The notes beneath the pieces are model-generated. The model made no database searches. It had not been told where the DNA came from and worked only from the letters and a program-made list of their open reading frames with translations. From the NCBI GenBank assembly GCA_973895155.1, contig OZ316894.1, positions 3,090,131-3,154,130 on the forward strand: a stretch of DNA of 64,000 nt. Direction: 5' to 3'. This DNA is from Marsupella aquatica. Taxonomy: Eukaryota; Plantae; Marchantiophyta. Made by a program: the position numbers and the translations under genes. This document shows, piece by piece, positions 50,944 to 64,000 of this stretch. How positions within the stretch are numbered: the stretch's first letter is position 1; each line of letters begins with the position of its first letter.

Positions 50944-52123
50944 ATGCTCTTCCTCTTTGCATCAAAGAGCCAATCCCGGACTCAAAACAATCGTCTTGCC
51001 TCAATCTCTCCGTTGAGTCAAAACACTTGACGCTTCTCCCTCCGAGTCGATTGCCAACTTTCTTCACAAAATCCAGAACGACGAAAACTTAGATCTCTCT
51101 GCACCACGAGCTCCGTTCAGCGATTTCTTCACACCGTTAGAAAGCTCTTGCCCCGATCTATCCGTTGAGCCCATAAACTCCAAGTTCCATGCGACGGAAC
51201 TCCAGGAAATCCACCGACACTCAACGCTGGAAAAACCGTAATGAAATCCCGTCACGAACACACGTCACCTCCCAAGCATGCTCTGATACCAATTGTTGAG
51301 CATAGACGACGATCGCAACGGCAAGCCCATGAACCATCCAACGCACAATAGTCGACACAAGAGATACGTGGTTCACCTCCTTGAGGCTATGTCCACGGGA
51401 ACACACAAGAGAGCTTTACTGAACTCTAAGCCCGTCGGCTATACCGAGTCTCCACAGTGTAAGCTCTCCCTATCTCTCAAGTGGCTCCATAACAATGAGC
51501 CTTGGTTCTACCTCTCCAAGCACACATGCCTCTTATGATATAGTGTGCAACTTAGTTGTACCTAACCACATAGTTGTACCTAACCACGTAGTTGTACCTA
51601 ACCACATAGTTGTACCTAATCACGTAGTTGTACCAACCCACGTTGTTGTACCAACCACGTCATACCTAACCTAGACGTAAGAGTAAATACCCAACAAAAT
51701 TCGGGTATCCTATCAAGTAACGCCATACATTTTGGGGTCCCATCAAGCAATTCCCTCCAGTGTGGGTGGGCTCACAATAAAACAACGACAGGTTCCAGGA
51801 GAAAATATAGAGTAATGTTTGCTTACATGACATTGTGGGCCATAAGTCCCAGAAAAAGAAGGGTTTTGAGTTTTGAGGGGCTATGATTGCCCATAATGCT
51901 CTTGTAACATGATGTTAACACACTTCAAGGCTAAGAGTTTAGTAAAAACAGAGGAGAAGTGTTTATTGCTACTGTGTTTAATAAAAACAGAGGAGACGTT
52001 TTATATTGCTACTATATTTAGTAAAACTGAGGAGAAGTTTTCTAATTGCCCATCCAAATCTTGACAATGAATTTTTTCTCCATAAAATGCACTGAAAACT
52101 GTAATGCCAAAAATTAGAAAGCA

Positions 52124-52911
52124 CATCAAGTAACAGGGAGTACTCTACTCCCAATTTATCATATGAAACCGTGATCCCAGCACCTTGAGTGTAAAGGAAA
52201 AAGTCAGGAAGGACATCAAGTAATCAGGAGTACTATACTCCCAATTTTATCATATGAAACCGTGATCGCAGCACCCTGAGTATAAAGAGAAAAATCAGGA
52301 AGGACATCAAGTAACCAGGAGTACTATACACCCAATTTTATCATATGAAACCGTGATCCCAGCACCCTGAGTGTAAAGGAAAAACTCAGGGAGGATATCA
52401 AGCAACCAGGAGTACTATACTCCCAATTTGATCATATGAAACCGTGATCCGCACCCTGAGTATAAAGTTAAAAATCAGGAAGGACATCAAGTAACCAGGA
52501 GTACTATACTCCCAATTTTATCATATAAAACAGTGATTTGCACCCTGAGTATAAAGAGAAAAATCAGGAAGGACATCAAGTAACCAGGGGTACTATACTC
52601 CCAATTTTATCATATGAAACCGTGATCCCAGCACCTTGAGTGTAAAGAGAAAAATCAGGAAGGACATCAACTAACCAGGAGTACTATACTCTTAGTTTTA
52701 TTATATGAAACGGTGATCCCAGCACCCTGAGTGTAAAGAGAAAAATCAGGAAGGACATTCACTAACCCGGAATACTGTACTCCCACTTTATCGCATGAAA
52801 CCGTGATCCCAGCACCCTGAGTGTAAAGAGAAAAATCAGGAAGGACAGTCACCAACCCGGAATACTGTACTCCCAATTTATCGCATGAAACCGTGATCCC
52901 AGCACCCTGAG
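52124..52911. repeat. ~90-bp minisatellite, ~9 units
   Basis: Unit catcaagtaaccaggagtactatactcccaattttatcatatgaaaccgtgatcccagcaccctgagt(a/g)taaagagaaaaatcaggaagga. Confidence 0.95.
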
Positions 52912-53958
52912 GCATCCTCCAGTATATTCCACAGACTCATGTACCAAACGAAAAACTATGGGCTCTACAGAACAGCAGAGAAGCTTGTGGTGAAGACAGT
53001 GTTGCCTAGAGAGGAGAACAGAGGAGAATCGCATGGCTGCTCACGTCGCAATTCCCCCTCCAGATTTCCTGCGCTTCTTGGGCCGCAGTCGTCTCCATTT
53101 CCACCATCAGCACTACCTGAACCGCCTCCAACCTCTTCTTCTGCTTCCTAATCTCATCACCAAGAAATCCAAAGTAGCTGAGCTCGTCCCCACCCAGCCT
53201 CCTGTACTGGCCATTGTGAGGGCTGGGCGGAGGAGCAGTGCTGCTGTGTCAACGAGGTATAATCGCTCGTTCTCTTCTCCATTGGGGATTCGTCCAGTTG
53301 TGGAACTAGAAGTAACAATGCTTTCTTAATTCATTCAGCTCAATCCTGACGAATTCTTTAATGGACAAGGAAGCAGGTATGGACAAGGATTGCAATTTGG
53401 GTAGCAATAGAGCGGTTTGGTCGCAACGAAGGCGACCCACAAGAAAGTTGAACTACATTCCTGATTAGTTGGCAGCTGCGACGACCTAAAAGCAGACATA
53501 TCTTAACAGTTCCATTATGTCTTTCATAACAACGTTACCTCTCTTCTGAGACTCAAGTTTAACTTCGTGCCTTTCGGTGTCTACGATTGGCCTAGATTTC
53601 TGTTTATTGGGAGATCCCATTACCATGGACAACACTGAGTTGCGCGGCTATTTTTGTAACATTTGTATTTCGACCACATTGTGCGTTGCCAGTTTTGGCT
53701 TCTGTGAGTTTTGTGAGACTGGTGGCTCTTGGCACATTTTTGATAGTGGGTGAATTTTTCAAGAAGTGTGGGTAGGGTTTGGACGGTGAGAGAAATTGGA
53801 AACCATCAAAACGTGATCATCTGTGTCGTCAGTCTCGAAATGAGTTAGAAAATAATAGTAATCACTGTCGGGTCATTTCACGTTCGAATGTTAAGGGGAA
53901 AAAGTCCCATTGCGTTGACGCACAATGGCATAGTGGAATCTGTAGGTGGTCCTCAGTT

Positions 53959-56900
53959 ATGGGGGAGGATGCCGCTGGCACGAGTGGTTACTCAGAGACT
54001 CAGGTGGTGAAAGAAACGAAGGAGCTGGCTGCAGAGCTTTGTAAACAATTCTATGGTTTGGGATGGGTTTCGGGCACTGGGGGCAGCATTACACTTAAAG
54101 TACACGATCCTGCAATTCCCCTCTCCGAACGACTCATTGTCATGGCTCCCTCAGGTTTGTACCGACAGATACTCAAATTTGAAAACAGCATTGTTGAGGC
54201 TCACACTCAACCTCTTATTGGCAGAAGTTGTTCAGATTTCATGACGATGACCCTGAAATTTCTTGGTCAGGAGTGCAGAAAGAAAGGATGCTGCCGGAGG
54301 ACATGTATGTTATGAGCTCAACTGGGTCTATCCTGTCCCATCCGGTCCCCAAAGCAGCACCCCACAAGCCTCCCAAATGCAGTGAATGTGGGCCACTGTT
54401 TTTAAAGGTATACTCTATTTTAATTTTGTCGTTCAGCTGTTGAAAGAGCTAATGAATTTCAGCAGGGACTGGGTCGATTGAAGCCAATTGGCGTCTGAGA
54501 AAGGTGGACAGCCAATTGTTCATCTTTACTGAAGGGGTTGTTAAGTCTAGATTTGATGTGATCATAAGCTACCAACCCTATCCAGAGGTTGGCTGTTCTT
54601 CTGAGCGTAAGTTTGGTCTACCTACAATTGTAAGCAATCTTGTAGCTTGTGCTGGAAACGGTTCGAGCTTCGGTGATTGATTGAGGACATTTGAAGTTAG
54701 GGGAAGTTTTGGAGGATCTTATCTTTCGTCTCATCTCGTGTAAATCAGGCATATATCATGCGCAATGCTGGAGCTGTCATCCACAGTCACGGCATAGAGT
54801 CCGCCCTCGTGACAATGATCAACCCTGCTGCAAAAGAATTCCGGGTACGTCCTCTGCTTATTTGTTCGGAATTGCAGGTACAGGGTGGTGAATCTGAGCT
54901 ACTCTGTCGAGTCAGTAGGCAGCCGGTTCTCTGACTATCAAATGGACTAGTGCTTTTTTTGTAGTGGTACTTCAGTGCCAGTCTGACTTTTGGATTCTAA
55001 TGCATTTTTAACAGATTACTCACATGGAGATGATAAAAGGCATAGCAGGGCATGGTTACTACGATGAACTAGTCGTTCCTATCATTGAAAATTCGGCACG
55101 TGAATACGAACTTACGGATGCACTGGCAGAAGCTGTAAGTGACCTATTTCAATTGGATAATAATTTCCGTTACTCCGATAATAGTTCGTATCGCCATCGC
55201 CTTCTATGCTTTAAATAGCCTGCTGATCCTTACCTCTGATAGTAATGTCGAGTGTGCTTCAGCCGATCTACATTTCCCATAATGGTTGCGACTTGACTTT
55301 TTAAGCTCGTTTGACCCAACATTTGCTATGGCAATCAGTCTCCATTCTCTCCGTCGCTGTCGAATCTTATTTGCAAACGTAGTAAATCAACAACGACACT
55401 TTATGATGACCTTTGATCGTGTTACTAGCAGATTGCTGCATATCCAAAAGCGACGGCTGTGCTAGTGAGAAATCATGGCATCTACATCTGGGGTGATTCA
55501 TGGATTCAGGCCAAAACTCAGGTGAAAATCAGTTTACAATTATCTAGGCAATAACTTCCAGTCTGTCGCAAAAGCATACAGGGGTTTTGATCATTCGTAC
55601 AAATATGTTTGTCAGCGCAGGCAGAGTGCTACCATTATCTCTTTGAGGCAGCTTTACGACTTCACCAACTAGGGATTGATCCGGCAGACCCCAAGCATGG
55701 TCCAATTAGGGCAAGTGGGTCCGTCCAACCAGTGGTTCAAAAGGAAACTGGCCCCGATGGTTTCGGGAAAAGCTTTCCAGTAAGTTGCTGGTTATTTGTT
55801 AGATTCCTTCGTGCAGGTTTAACGATTGCAATTGCCTTCTCTAATTCCTATCGTTGTGGAAGATGTATACCAACTAAATCAGGCCAATGGCCAAATGTTT
55901 AGCATAGACATTAACATGTGGGAACCTGTGAATGCAGCTTGTTCTTGTACTTGACATTGAAGGGACTACCACGCCGATATCATTTGTTACTGATGTACTT
56001 TTCCCCTACGCCCGCGATAATGTGCGGACCCACCTCCTTTCGACATATGATTCCAAAGAAACCCAGGAGGACATAGCACTTTTGCGGAAGCAGGTATCTT
56101 GCTTTTCTCGCAACCTGGTTTCCTAGGTGCTGTGAAAGTGGAACTGTGACAAGTCTGTTGTATCAATTCTATGTGAGCATGTTTCTTTCTATTTTTGACG
56201 TCTTCTATCGTGAGAAATGGGAAATAGGTCTTTACGCGTTTGAGTCACATTCGAACGTTCGACATAGATGAAACTCATTTTCACCTTTGATCTCTAATCT
56301 TACAGGTAAAACTCTGTTCACTTCCTTACAGCGATGTATGAATACTCTTGTTGCATGCCTGTGAAGAACCTGGCTTGGCTTCTTATTGATACATCCGGAT
56401 GTTGCATGTAATTCTTTAGATAAAGGAAGACTTGGGTCAAGGCATTGTTGGTGCACAACCGGTCCCTCCTGAGGGCGAATCCAAGCTAGGCATAGTCGCT
56501 GCTCTGGAGGCAAATGTAGTAGCAGCAATTAAGGCAGACCGGAAGGTGACAGCTCTGAAGCAGTTGCAGGTAAGAATTTACGCTCCTTATTCATGTGAGA
56601 GACGTTGATGAGATTTGTACTGTAGGACTCTTGCGTTTGAAGCTTTGTGAGGTCACGTACAAAATTTGCTAGCAAGTTGCTCTCCACTCGGGATTCAGGA
56701 ATTATCTAATCATTGAGTGAAAAGTGTCTGAATTATCTATACAAAGATCCTCACTTTCAGGTCTTAAGCTAAGCACACTGAACAATAGCATGGAAATGAC
56801 TTTAGGCCAACAATTGGCTCAGCAGATGTTTTTGATGACCTGTTTAGAAAAGCTTTCTTTGAATGTCTGGATTGTTATGTCTTGGCTCGCTTCGAGTTTC

Positions 56901-58329
56901 ACTGGCTATGCTAGTAGGCTAACTTCTTTGACTCGTCCGACGTCATACTCAGGGCCATATCTGGAGATCAGGCTATGAAAAAGGGGAACTGCAAGGAATC
57001 GTCTATGAGGATGTACCCCAAGCTTTGGCGGCGTGGCATAATGCTGGATCAAAAGTAAACAGAAACCCCTACACCTTGGTTTGAAGATTTTCGTTTTGCT
57101 CGGATTTCATAGTTCAGGAGGGAAGCAAAATTGTCACTTGGCTTAGATTAAGGGGGAGCGCGATGAAAACAACTGTGGTAGTGTTGTTTCAAATCTTTCT
57201 CCTGAGTAGGCTTATAACAAGTGCATGTTTAGCATAGCCAATCACAGTAATGCTTCTTGTTTTGGAAGTCGATGTTTTCTGATCAATGAGAAACAATCAA
57301 AGGGTATTAAAATTTCTTCTCATGAATTTTTAAACCAAATAAGAACAATGTGCTGTATTCTAAAGTTAACTTTTCTTTGTTCCGTATAGAAGTCATTGAC
57401 CAATGGCAGTGGAACAGGTCTACATATACTCAAGTGGAAGCAGAGAAGCTCAAAGACTAATTTTTGGGAACTCAAACTATGGAGATTTGCGAAAGTTTTT
57501 GTCCGGTTATTTTGATACTACCACTGGGTAACTCACTCAACGAACGGCCAATAGAAACCACATGCCATTTTCTTTGTCATAATGTAATACTGATGATATT
57601 GTGATACTTCAATGCAAACTCCCTGTAGTCGTTCGGTAAATTGTCTGGAGCAGCTGAACTTGGAAGACAGCCAATTGTACCACCTGAAGCAATCTCGAAG
57701 CATTGGAAACTGAGTCGTCTGTGAAAATGACAATTAGTGACCTAGTCTAGTCCACCTGTGTCAATTCGTCAGTCTCCCAAAATCAGTGTCATTTGTGCTG
57801 TTTCAAAACTAGGTAATCAGGCAAATAAAATCCACATTTACCGATCTTAGTATTTACAAGACGGGATAAATATTTCTTCTTGAAACTTTTCTGCAAAGAT
57901 GGTAATTGCGTTGTAGGTATCGTTCCTTGTGTTTTAACGATCTGGCCAATTGCCAGGAATAAACGCGAGGCACGGAGCTACTCAGAAATCGCCCTCTCAG
58001 TTGGTGTGGACAGTCCAGCTAATATCACGTTTGCAACTGATGTTCTTGCCGAAGCTGTAGCCGCCAAAGAGGCTGGTAAGCTGGACTGGCACTCATCCGT
58101 TCCTCACTGACATGGAATAGAGTTTTCTTTAGATTGTATGAAAGAGGGGAAGAGTGAGCTTTGAGTGAGATTGGGGATTACTGTCCAATGTGGAGGTGGG
58201 TTGGTGTCTGAATCAGCACTCTGCTTGTCTGGTGCAGGTTTGAAAACCGTATTGCTACTCCGTCCTGGAAATGTTCCTTTGCCTCCAGATCACGGATATA
58301 GAACTGCGAGTACTCTCCTTGAAATATGA
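53959..58329 (+). CDS. DEP1: Bifunctional methylthioribulose-1-phosphate dehydratase / enolase-phosphatase E1 (methionine salvage), 12 exons
   Basis: Exons 53959-54154, 54271-54407, 54749-54844, 55015-55134, 55432-55521, 55621-55779, 55938-56093, 56420-56569, 56953-57054, 57418-57527, 57957-58075, 58238-58329, all GT-AG; motifs [49 protein letters not shown]. Confidence 0.96.
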
Positions 58330-58525
58330 CGTGATCACGATTTAATGATAACCACCGGAGACAATAAGAGTGGAATGGGTTTGGTAAGATCCCTCGTTAT
58401 TTTGGTTACGAGGTTTACTGCATACAGTGTAGTTCACACCAGGATTTTCAATTACAGCTACTTTATCTAAATGCAAAGCTGGGTACCTGTTTTCCCTGGT
58501 TGGACATCATGTTCCGTGTACAAAG

Positions 58526-58758
58526 CCATCATTAATATAACAAATGTGTGATGGTTCGTTTACCCCCTTTGATATCCTCGTCTCATTCTACACTGCACAA
58601 TGGTTGACACGAGAAATTCTGTTGTACAATGAGCAAATCACCCATCATTAATATAACAATCGTGTGATGGTTAGTTTACCTCCTTTGATATCCCTCTTTT
58701 CAATCTACAATCCACAACGATCGACACGATAAATTCTGTTGTAGAATAAGTAAATCAC
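58526..58758. repeat. ~116-bp tandem duplication between the convergent 3' ends
   Basis: ccatcattaatataacaa..gtgtgatggtt..tttgatatcc..gacacga..aaattctgttgta..aaatcac occurs twice. Confidence 0.75.
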
Positions 58759-59193
58759 GGTCGAAGCGAGTGAATCTACCGATCTTCTTATCAGTCTATT
58801 GTTTTACACTTTCCAAGAAGGGATATTACGTGTCAAAGTCCACCTCTAAGATTAATTTGCCATCTGCTCACTGTTACAATTGATCCGAGATCTAACCACA
58901 GATTCTCCAAAATAGTGGGAACAAATCGTCATCCTCGGACTTCGTTTATTATGGTTGCAATAGATCAATCAGCAGGACCTGAATAGTAAATTACCAATTT
59001 TATAGACCTATGACAGTTGCCTTGTCCGCTACCAGCCTGGGTTGTCGAGAGGAAAGGGAACCTATTTCAAGTCAGTTAAGTATATATCACCAAGAGTGCG
59101 ATCCCAACGCACATTAGACGATGAACAGGATCATTTCCAAGTCTCCACCTCCAACCAGCTTATATTTGAAACCCCCAAATAATTCGGAGAAAT

Positions 59194-60604
59194 TTACAAA
59201 GCACCCGCTTGCTTCAAGAGAGGTACAAGGTTCCCACCGTTGTGCTTGGCAACGGTGTCTGCCGACAAAACAGGGTATCAGTAAAGTTCAGGTCTTCACA
59301 GTATTATTCTACCCACACGTGAAGCGATCGTTAAAGTGGAATGAACCAAAATAGGATGCAGAATACGACATGGGCCACTGAACTGTTCTCCTCGGGCAAA
59401 GCACAACTACGAACAAAGTTATAACAAATGTTGGGAGTAATATAGCTCACCGTCACATCCGCCCACATGTTTGCCACCGATGAACACACTAGGAACAGTT
59501 CGCTGACCGGTCCATCCTGCTAGGGCTGATTGGATTGCATCTCCATCGCCTGGAAGTGACAGCTTGGTCATACAAAAGATCACACAATCGCTCCGAAGCG
59601 CACGCGACAACGGCAAATTCTTTCAAAACATTTCAAACTGTCACAGAGGTCATCTGACTCACCTTCAATGTCAAGCTCGACAACTACTTGTTTGGCACCT
59701 AACCTCGTCAACAATTCTTTCACCTTGACGCAGTACGGGCAATAGGTTTTGCTGCAAGAACGAAACAATTCAACATCTCAGGTACCGCATTGTTATTTTT
59801 CAAAAACACATGGTAATCGCTGTTCTCAAATTCGAGACTAAGTTGTAATTTACCCGTGTCGATTCATGAATCCTGGTGCTAACAGAACCTTGACGTTCGC
59901 AACTATCCGAAAAACAGGAGAATTGACCTTAAATCCATCAATCCATTCCCTCAATCTATCTAATCTGTCTCTCTCTGGACAGCTATCTCATCCGGTTGAC
60001 AAACCCTTCCAAGATAACTGCCCTTTGAGGACAGCGATTACGATGCCTTCATTTGCTCCATGGACATGCCGGGTGACGAGCTTAATTTGATTGACTGACG
60101 GTCAGAGTTTCTCTAAGAGCACATAGACCAGCATCAATCTCTTCATCCTCTTTCACAATTCCTGAGTTTAGCACCCGGAATGACCAAAATCCTCCGTCCA
60201 ACACTGAGAATGAGTGAAGAACTGCCCAGCAGCAACCCTCAAATTCAGACAAATGCCTCTCGAAGGTGAAAATCAAGATTGCGTCTAATTAGAAATGATA
60301 TCCTCTCGTCCATGCTTACCCTCATGCCCTAAACCTTTCACCCCGCAAGTGTAGGCCAATCCCTAAACTCCATTCTCAACCGAAAAAGGATATTTGGAGG
60401 TTCCAAACACCCTCAGGTTTTTCTTTTCGGTGTGGAGGTTCCGAATCCTTGTAAGGTAACTGAAACACACGATTCCACAGGAGGAGGAGAAGATAAGAAG
60501 AATAAGAAGGATGAATTCCTGTCTACCGCTCAACTACCATACCTGAATACAACCAAAGGGTTGGAGGAGACCAAACTCTGCGCCTTCACCAGTGCCGCCG
60601 CCAT
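59194..60604 (-). CDS. Class I CPYC glutaredoxin (GRXC1/C2-like), 4 exons: 60604-60543, 59751-59663, 59549-59451, 59258-59194
   Basis: Spliced protein MAAALVKAQSLVSSNPLVVFSKTYCPYCVKVK..GQRTVPSVFIGGKHVGGCDDT..LVPLLKQAGAL; GT-AG introns. Confidence 0.95.
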
Positions 60605-60855
60605 CTTGTGAGAGAAATCGGACTAAAATTCCACGTCCAGTGATATAACAAACTGAAATCAATCCGCACCTGAAAATCTACTTGCTTCAGTCCCTCGCTC
60701 GCTTGCTTGTTTGTTTTCTTGCTGCTTGTTCACTCGTCTCCACGAAAGAATTGGATTTATGTGGGTCTGGCAGGAACTGCTGAAACTGTATTGTGCAAAG
60801 CTCTGGGTACAAGCAGCAGTCTCTGTTCTGGTTTGGCCCTCTGAACTTGATTTGC

Positions 60856-61092
60856 GCCCCCTGTTTTTTTTCTCTACAGAAAGGCAACCAAAAGGAGCCC
60901 CAGGCCAAACCCCTCGTTTAAGCCCCCTGTTTGTTTTCTACAGAAAGGCAACCAAAGGGAGCCCCAGACCAAATCCCCATTTTAAAGCCCCCTGGTTTTG
61001 TTTTTTGACAGATAGGCAACCACAGGGAGCCCCAGGCCAAACCCCCAGTTTAAGCCCCCTGTTTAAACCCCCAACTTCAGTTAAGCCCCCAA
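60856..61092. repeat. ~65-bp tandem repeat x3 upstream of the glutaredoxin
   Basis: gcccc(c)tgttt..acagaaaggcaaccaaa(a/g)ggagccccag(g/a)ccaaa units. Confidence 0.8.
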
Positions 61093-62254
61093 ATTAAAGT
61101 TGCAGCCTAGAGGCTTCACTCTAGACCATAGTCCCTGAACACGAGGCTCACATCATCATTATACTGTTATATTTGGGATTTGAAATTCCCATGGACCACA
61201 ACCTTTGACAAGATGTGCCAATATATTGTTAGAACCTGCATGATTGAACCATTGTGATTTTATTTTGCATGGACTAGCGCATCTAGAGTGCAGTTGACGT
61301 GGGCTCCTGTGTGTCATGGAACTTCCCTTCATTTCTACAGTAGAAGTCAAGGGTCCAAGCTAGATGAAACCTCCCTAAGACAATGACCAAACTGAGCACC
61401 TTCACTTTGTATAAATGCTCACCATTTCCAGGTGTCTGAAAGAGCTTGGTCCATTGGCTTTCTGAGGTGAAACCTTGTGGTCCACTCATTTAGAAAGATC
61501 CAAAAATAAAAATGATAGATCAAATCTCTACTGCTTGTTGAGAGAACGTGGGCATCCATCTAGGTACAACCATGTCATGAGGCCGGCTCAAGAAAGTCCT
61601 CATGTGGAATGGCAGTTGCTTTAATGATTTCACATTCATTGAAATCCCAGTCAGGCTTTTTCCTCTTTAGCTAGTTCTTGCCAAATACTTACCCAGAAAA
61701 CTGGCTAGCAACCAATATAGAGGGAATGAGACACATTTTTAGCGTCATGGATAACTTGCATGGATAATGTCACGGTCCTCAATAAATCTTGGAAGATCTG
61801 ACGGTTAGAAACATCTATCAGAAGAGTAAGAAGCTGGGGCAACTGGCGAGATCACCACTCTACCTCTCTACAAACTCTACAAACATCTTGGTCAAACATC
61901 TTCTATGTATTGACCTATTATCATATAGTACAGCCTGCACACTTAGCATGTATCCCCTAGCGGCTTGTTGTAGCTCCCCCTTCCCCGCCCCTCACACCAC
62001 GTTAAGTTTTAATTTTATTTTTTCCCTCACAATTGTCTCGTGTCCCATTTTAACCGTGTTGGAGGGAAGGGTGTGGCATTGTCATTTAAGTTGTTTCTTT
62101 AGGGGTTGGGGGCAAATTCATTGGACCGAGGTGAACCCTTGTGCACTTCTCTTTATCCGTTTGCAGGTTGTGGTGTCTTGATGTGGCCAGGTAACCTCTG
62201 AGAGTGCTTCATTTTGGCCACATTTTGAACTGTACTTAATAATGTCTGCTATTT

Positions 62255-63040
62255 AATTACGGACCCCCATGAAAGGTCCATTCCAAAATTCTTGGCACGA
62301 GAGTGTGCCACATCAACAACAACCGCAACAAACAAGACTAGTCAGTTTTTTTTTATCGAACTAACAATTTTCATTCGTGTTTGTGTCAATTTGGGTGTAA
62401 ATATTGGGACGCCATGCCATAAAATAAATTGTAAAAACTTAGAAATGCAAAGAACAAGACAGGTAACACTGTCACTATGTAACCATTTTAGTTACATATC
62501 CAGTTGTAAAAATTAAATTCAAAGATTTAAAGAGTATCTTTCATATAGTAAACAATAGCTAATAACTAACTTGATAACTTCCTTGTTAAAGGTTAAATGT
62601 AACCAGGGGGTCCACGAACTAATTTCTATTCATCACCCAAGGTGTTCTAGTGTTTGCATTGAGTTTTATTTTTTGCTCCAACATAATTTTTTGCCTCCTA
62701 AATTGGATTAATTATTACAGACCCCAATGAGAGGTCCTTTCCAAATTCCCAGCACCAGAGTGTGTCATGTCAACAACGATCGCAACAAACAAGATTCGTC
62801 AATTTTGTGATTCATTTGTGTTTTCGTCAATTTGAGTGTAAAAATTTAGAAATGCAAAGAGCAAGACGGGTAATTTAGTTACGTATCCAATTTTAAAATT
62901 ACTATTTTTTATTATTTTTATTATTTTTTATCCAATTTTATTTTCAAAAAAATAATTAAATTCAAATATTTAAAAAGTATTTTTCATACAATAAACAATG
63001 ACTAGTAACTAACTTGATAACTTTCTTGTTAAAGGGTAAC
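62255..63040. repeat. Diverged ~460-bp tandem duplication
   Basis: gacccc(c/a)atga(a/g)aggtcc at ~62262 and ~62720; taactaacttgataactt at ~62563 and ~63006. Confidence 0.7.
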
Positions 63041-64000
63041 TGGTACATGGAGTAAGATTTCTGGACTTTTGCAATTAAGGCAAACTGTTAGCTATGGTGT
63101 GAACTTGAACTCAATGAATTGATACAATTCATTTGATCGGACATTGATCTGGTTTGATCTGGTTTCAAATGGACTTGCCACAAATTGACTATTGACTCTC
63201 TTAGCTTGAGAATTTGGTTGCATGTAGCAAAAAGGCCTGATTTTGACAATTGCTTGTAATTATCATGCTGTCTATTTTGGCCTGCAAAGCAAAGTATTCA
63301 TGTGGCAGTTGAAAAATGTCAAATTGTTTGGGCCATGGCTGAATGGGTCCACAATGATTTTGTGAGAAAATCTATCATATTTGTCCAACTACCAGCTTCA
63401 CTTCCTAATCAGACTTCTATCTTCTGAAAGCTTAAGCTTTGCCCTTCTCCATTTGGTGAATAGTTGCGTCAAGGTCATGAGATTATTAACCTCTAATTCC
63501 AAACTTGCCAAATTCAGACTTCAGTGAAATCTCCAAGATTTCCAATTATTTGAAAGTACATTGACAAATCAGGCCACAAACATTCTAAAGAGGACTCGGC
63601 TACTAGAAAGCTTAGGGTTCCTTGTTGAGAAAAACATATATCTCAATTGATCTTGAGAAAGTAGTATTCTCAACTCAAATTGAGTGCTCAGGGCACTTCA
63701 GTGGTCAAATATAGTGCCATTTAATGCCTAAATCAACTAACCGAATAAAACTGTGCCTTGGGTTTATTAATTAATGTTCTAAAATTAGTGAAAATATCTC
63801 ATAGATCTTAAGTGTTTTAATGTATCCTAGCAGAGCATTATGGACCACATTAGCCTCTCAAAACGTAAGCTAAAGGCCCTTATTTTCCTGGTCATTATGA
63901 AAAAGATTGCAAAATCATTTGGATGAGGTAATTAATTTCTCCTATACTTTCACTAAAATTTGTTAAACTGTCTCATCAAAATAATCTGTGATACCATAGC

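Larger units (their letters stand above)
46136..51696 (-). mobile_element. Very young full-length Ty1/copia LTR retrotransposon (Tnt1/Tork-like)
   Basis: 403-bp LTRs (46136-46538, 51294-51696) with one visible mismatch; TSD AAATT; PBS TGGTATCAGAGC (tRNAi-Met) at 51280-51291; PPT at ~46539-46550. Confidence 0.98.

Noticed and set aside
52124-52911. CRISPR-like array of palindromic repeats
   Set aside because: Whole 90-bp units repeat with no unique spacers, there are no cas genes, and the context is eukaryotic
52912-53330. Divergent gene next to DEP1
   Set aside because: Only short ORFs without recognisable motifs; left unannotated
53779-53958. N-terminal extension of DEP1 in the ORF track
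   Set aside because: Begins at TTG; the first in-frame ATG is at 53959, just ahead of the conserved region
27059-60604. Biosynthetic gene cluster linking the P450, DEP1 and glutaredoxin
   Set aside because: No scaffold-forming enzyme, 24 kb of TEs between them, and the latter two are housekeeping genes

Overview
Eukaryotic land-plant nuclear DNA with intron-containing genes in a transposon-rich background. A bryophyte/liverwort-like host is my guess and cannot be proven from the sequence. The left part holds a diverged segmental duplication (~2.8-10.2 kb vs ~18.3-24.3 kb); each copy carries an atypical thaumatin-like (PR-5) gene and a probable decayed receptor-kinase relic. It also holds LINE pieces, a solo LTR, MITEs and short host-gene fragments resembling PTB and a PRP40C WW domain. 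The middle holds a three-exon CYP71-clan P450 with an apparently mutated splice acceptor, an old Ty1/copia element (half-tRNA-type PBS, three nested insertions), an NB-ARC relic, and a very young Ty1/copia element (LTRs 402/403 identical, gag and pol separated by an in-frame stop). The right end has a 90-bp tandem array, an intact 12-exon DEP1 gene (methionine salvage) and a convergent CPYC glutaredoxin. I see no prokaryote-type system. The most promising oddities are the gag/pol junction, a hidden out-of-frame C-terminal tail on the thaumatin genes, a MITE with a 4-bp TSD, and the P450 splice lesion. All calls were made by eye without database searches.
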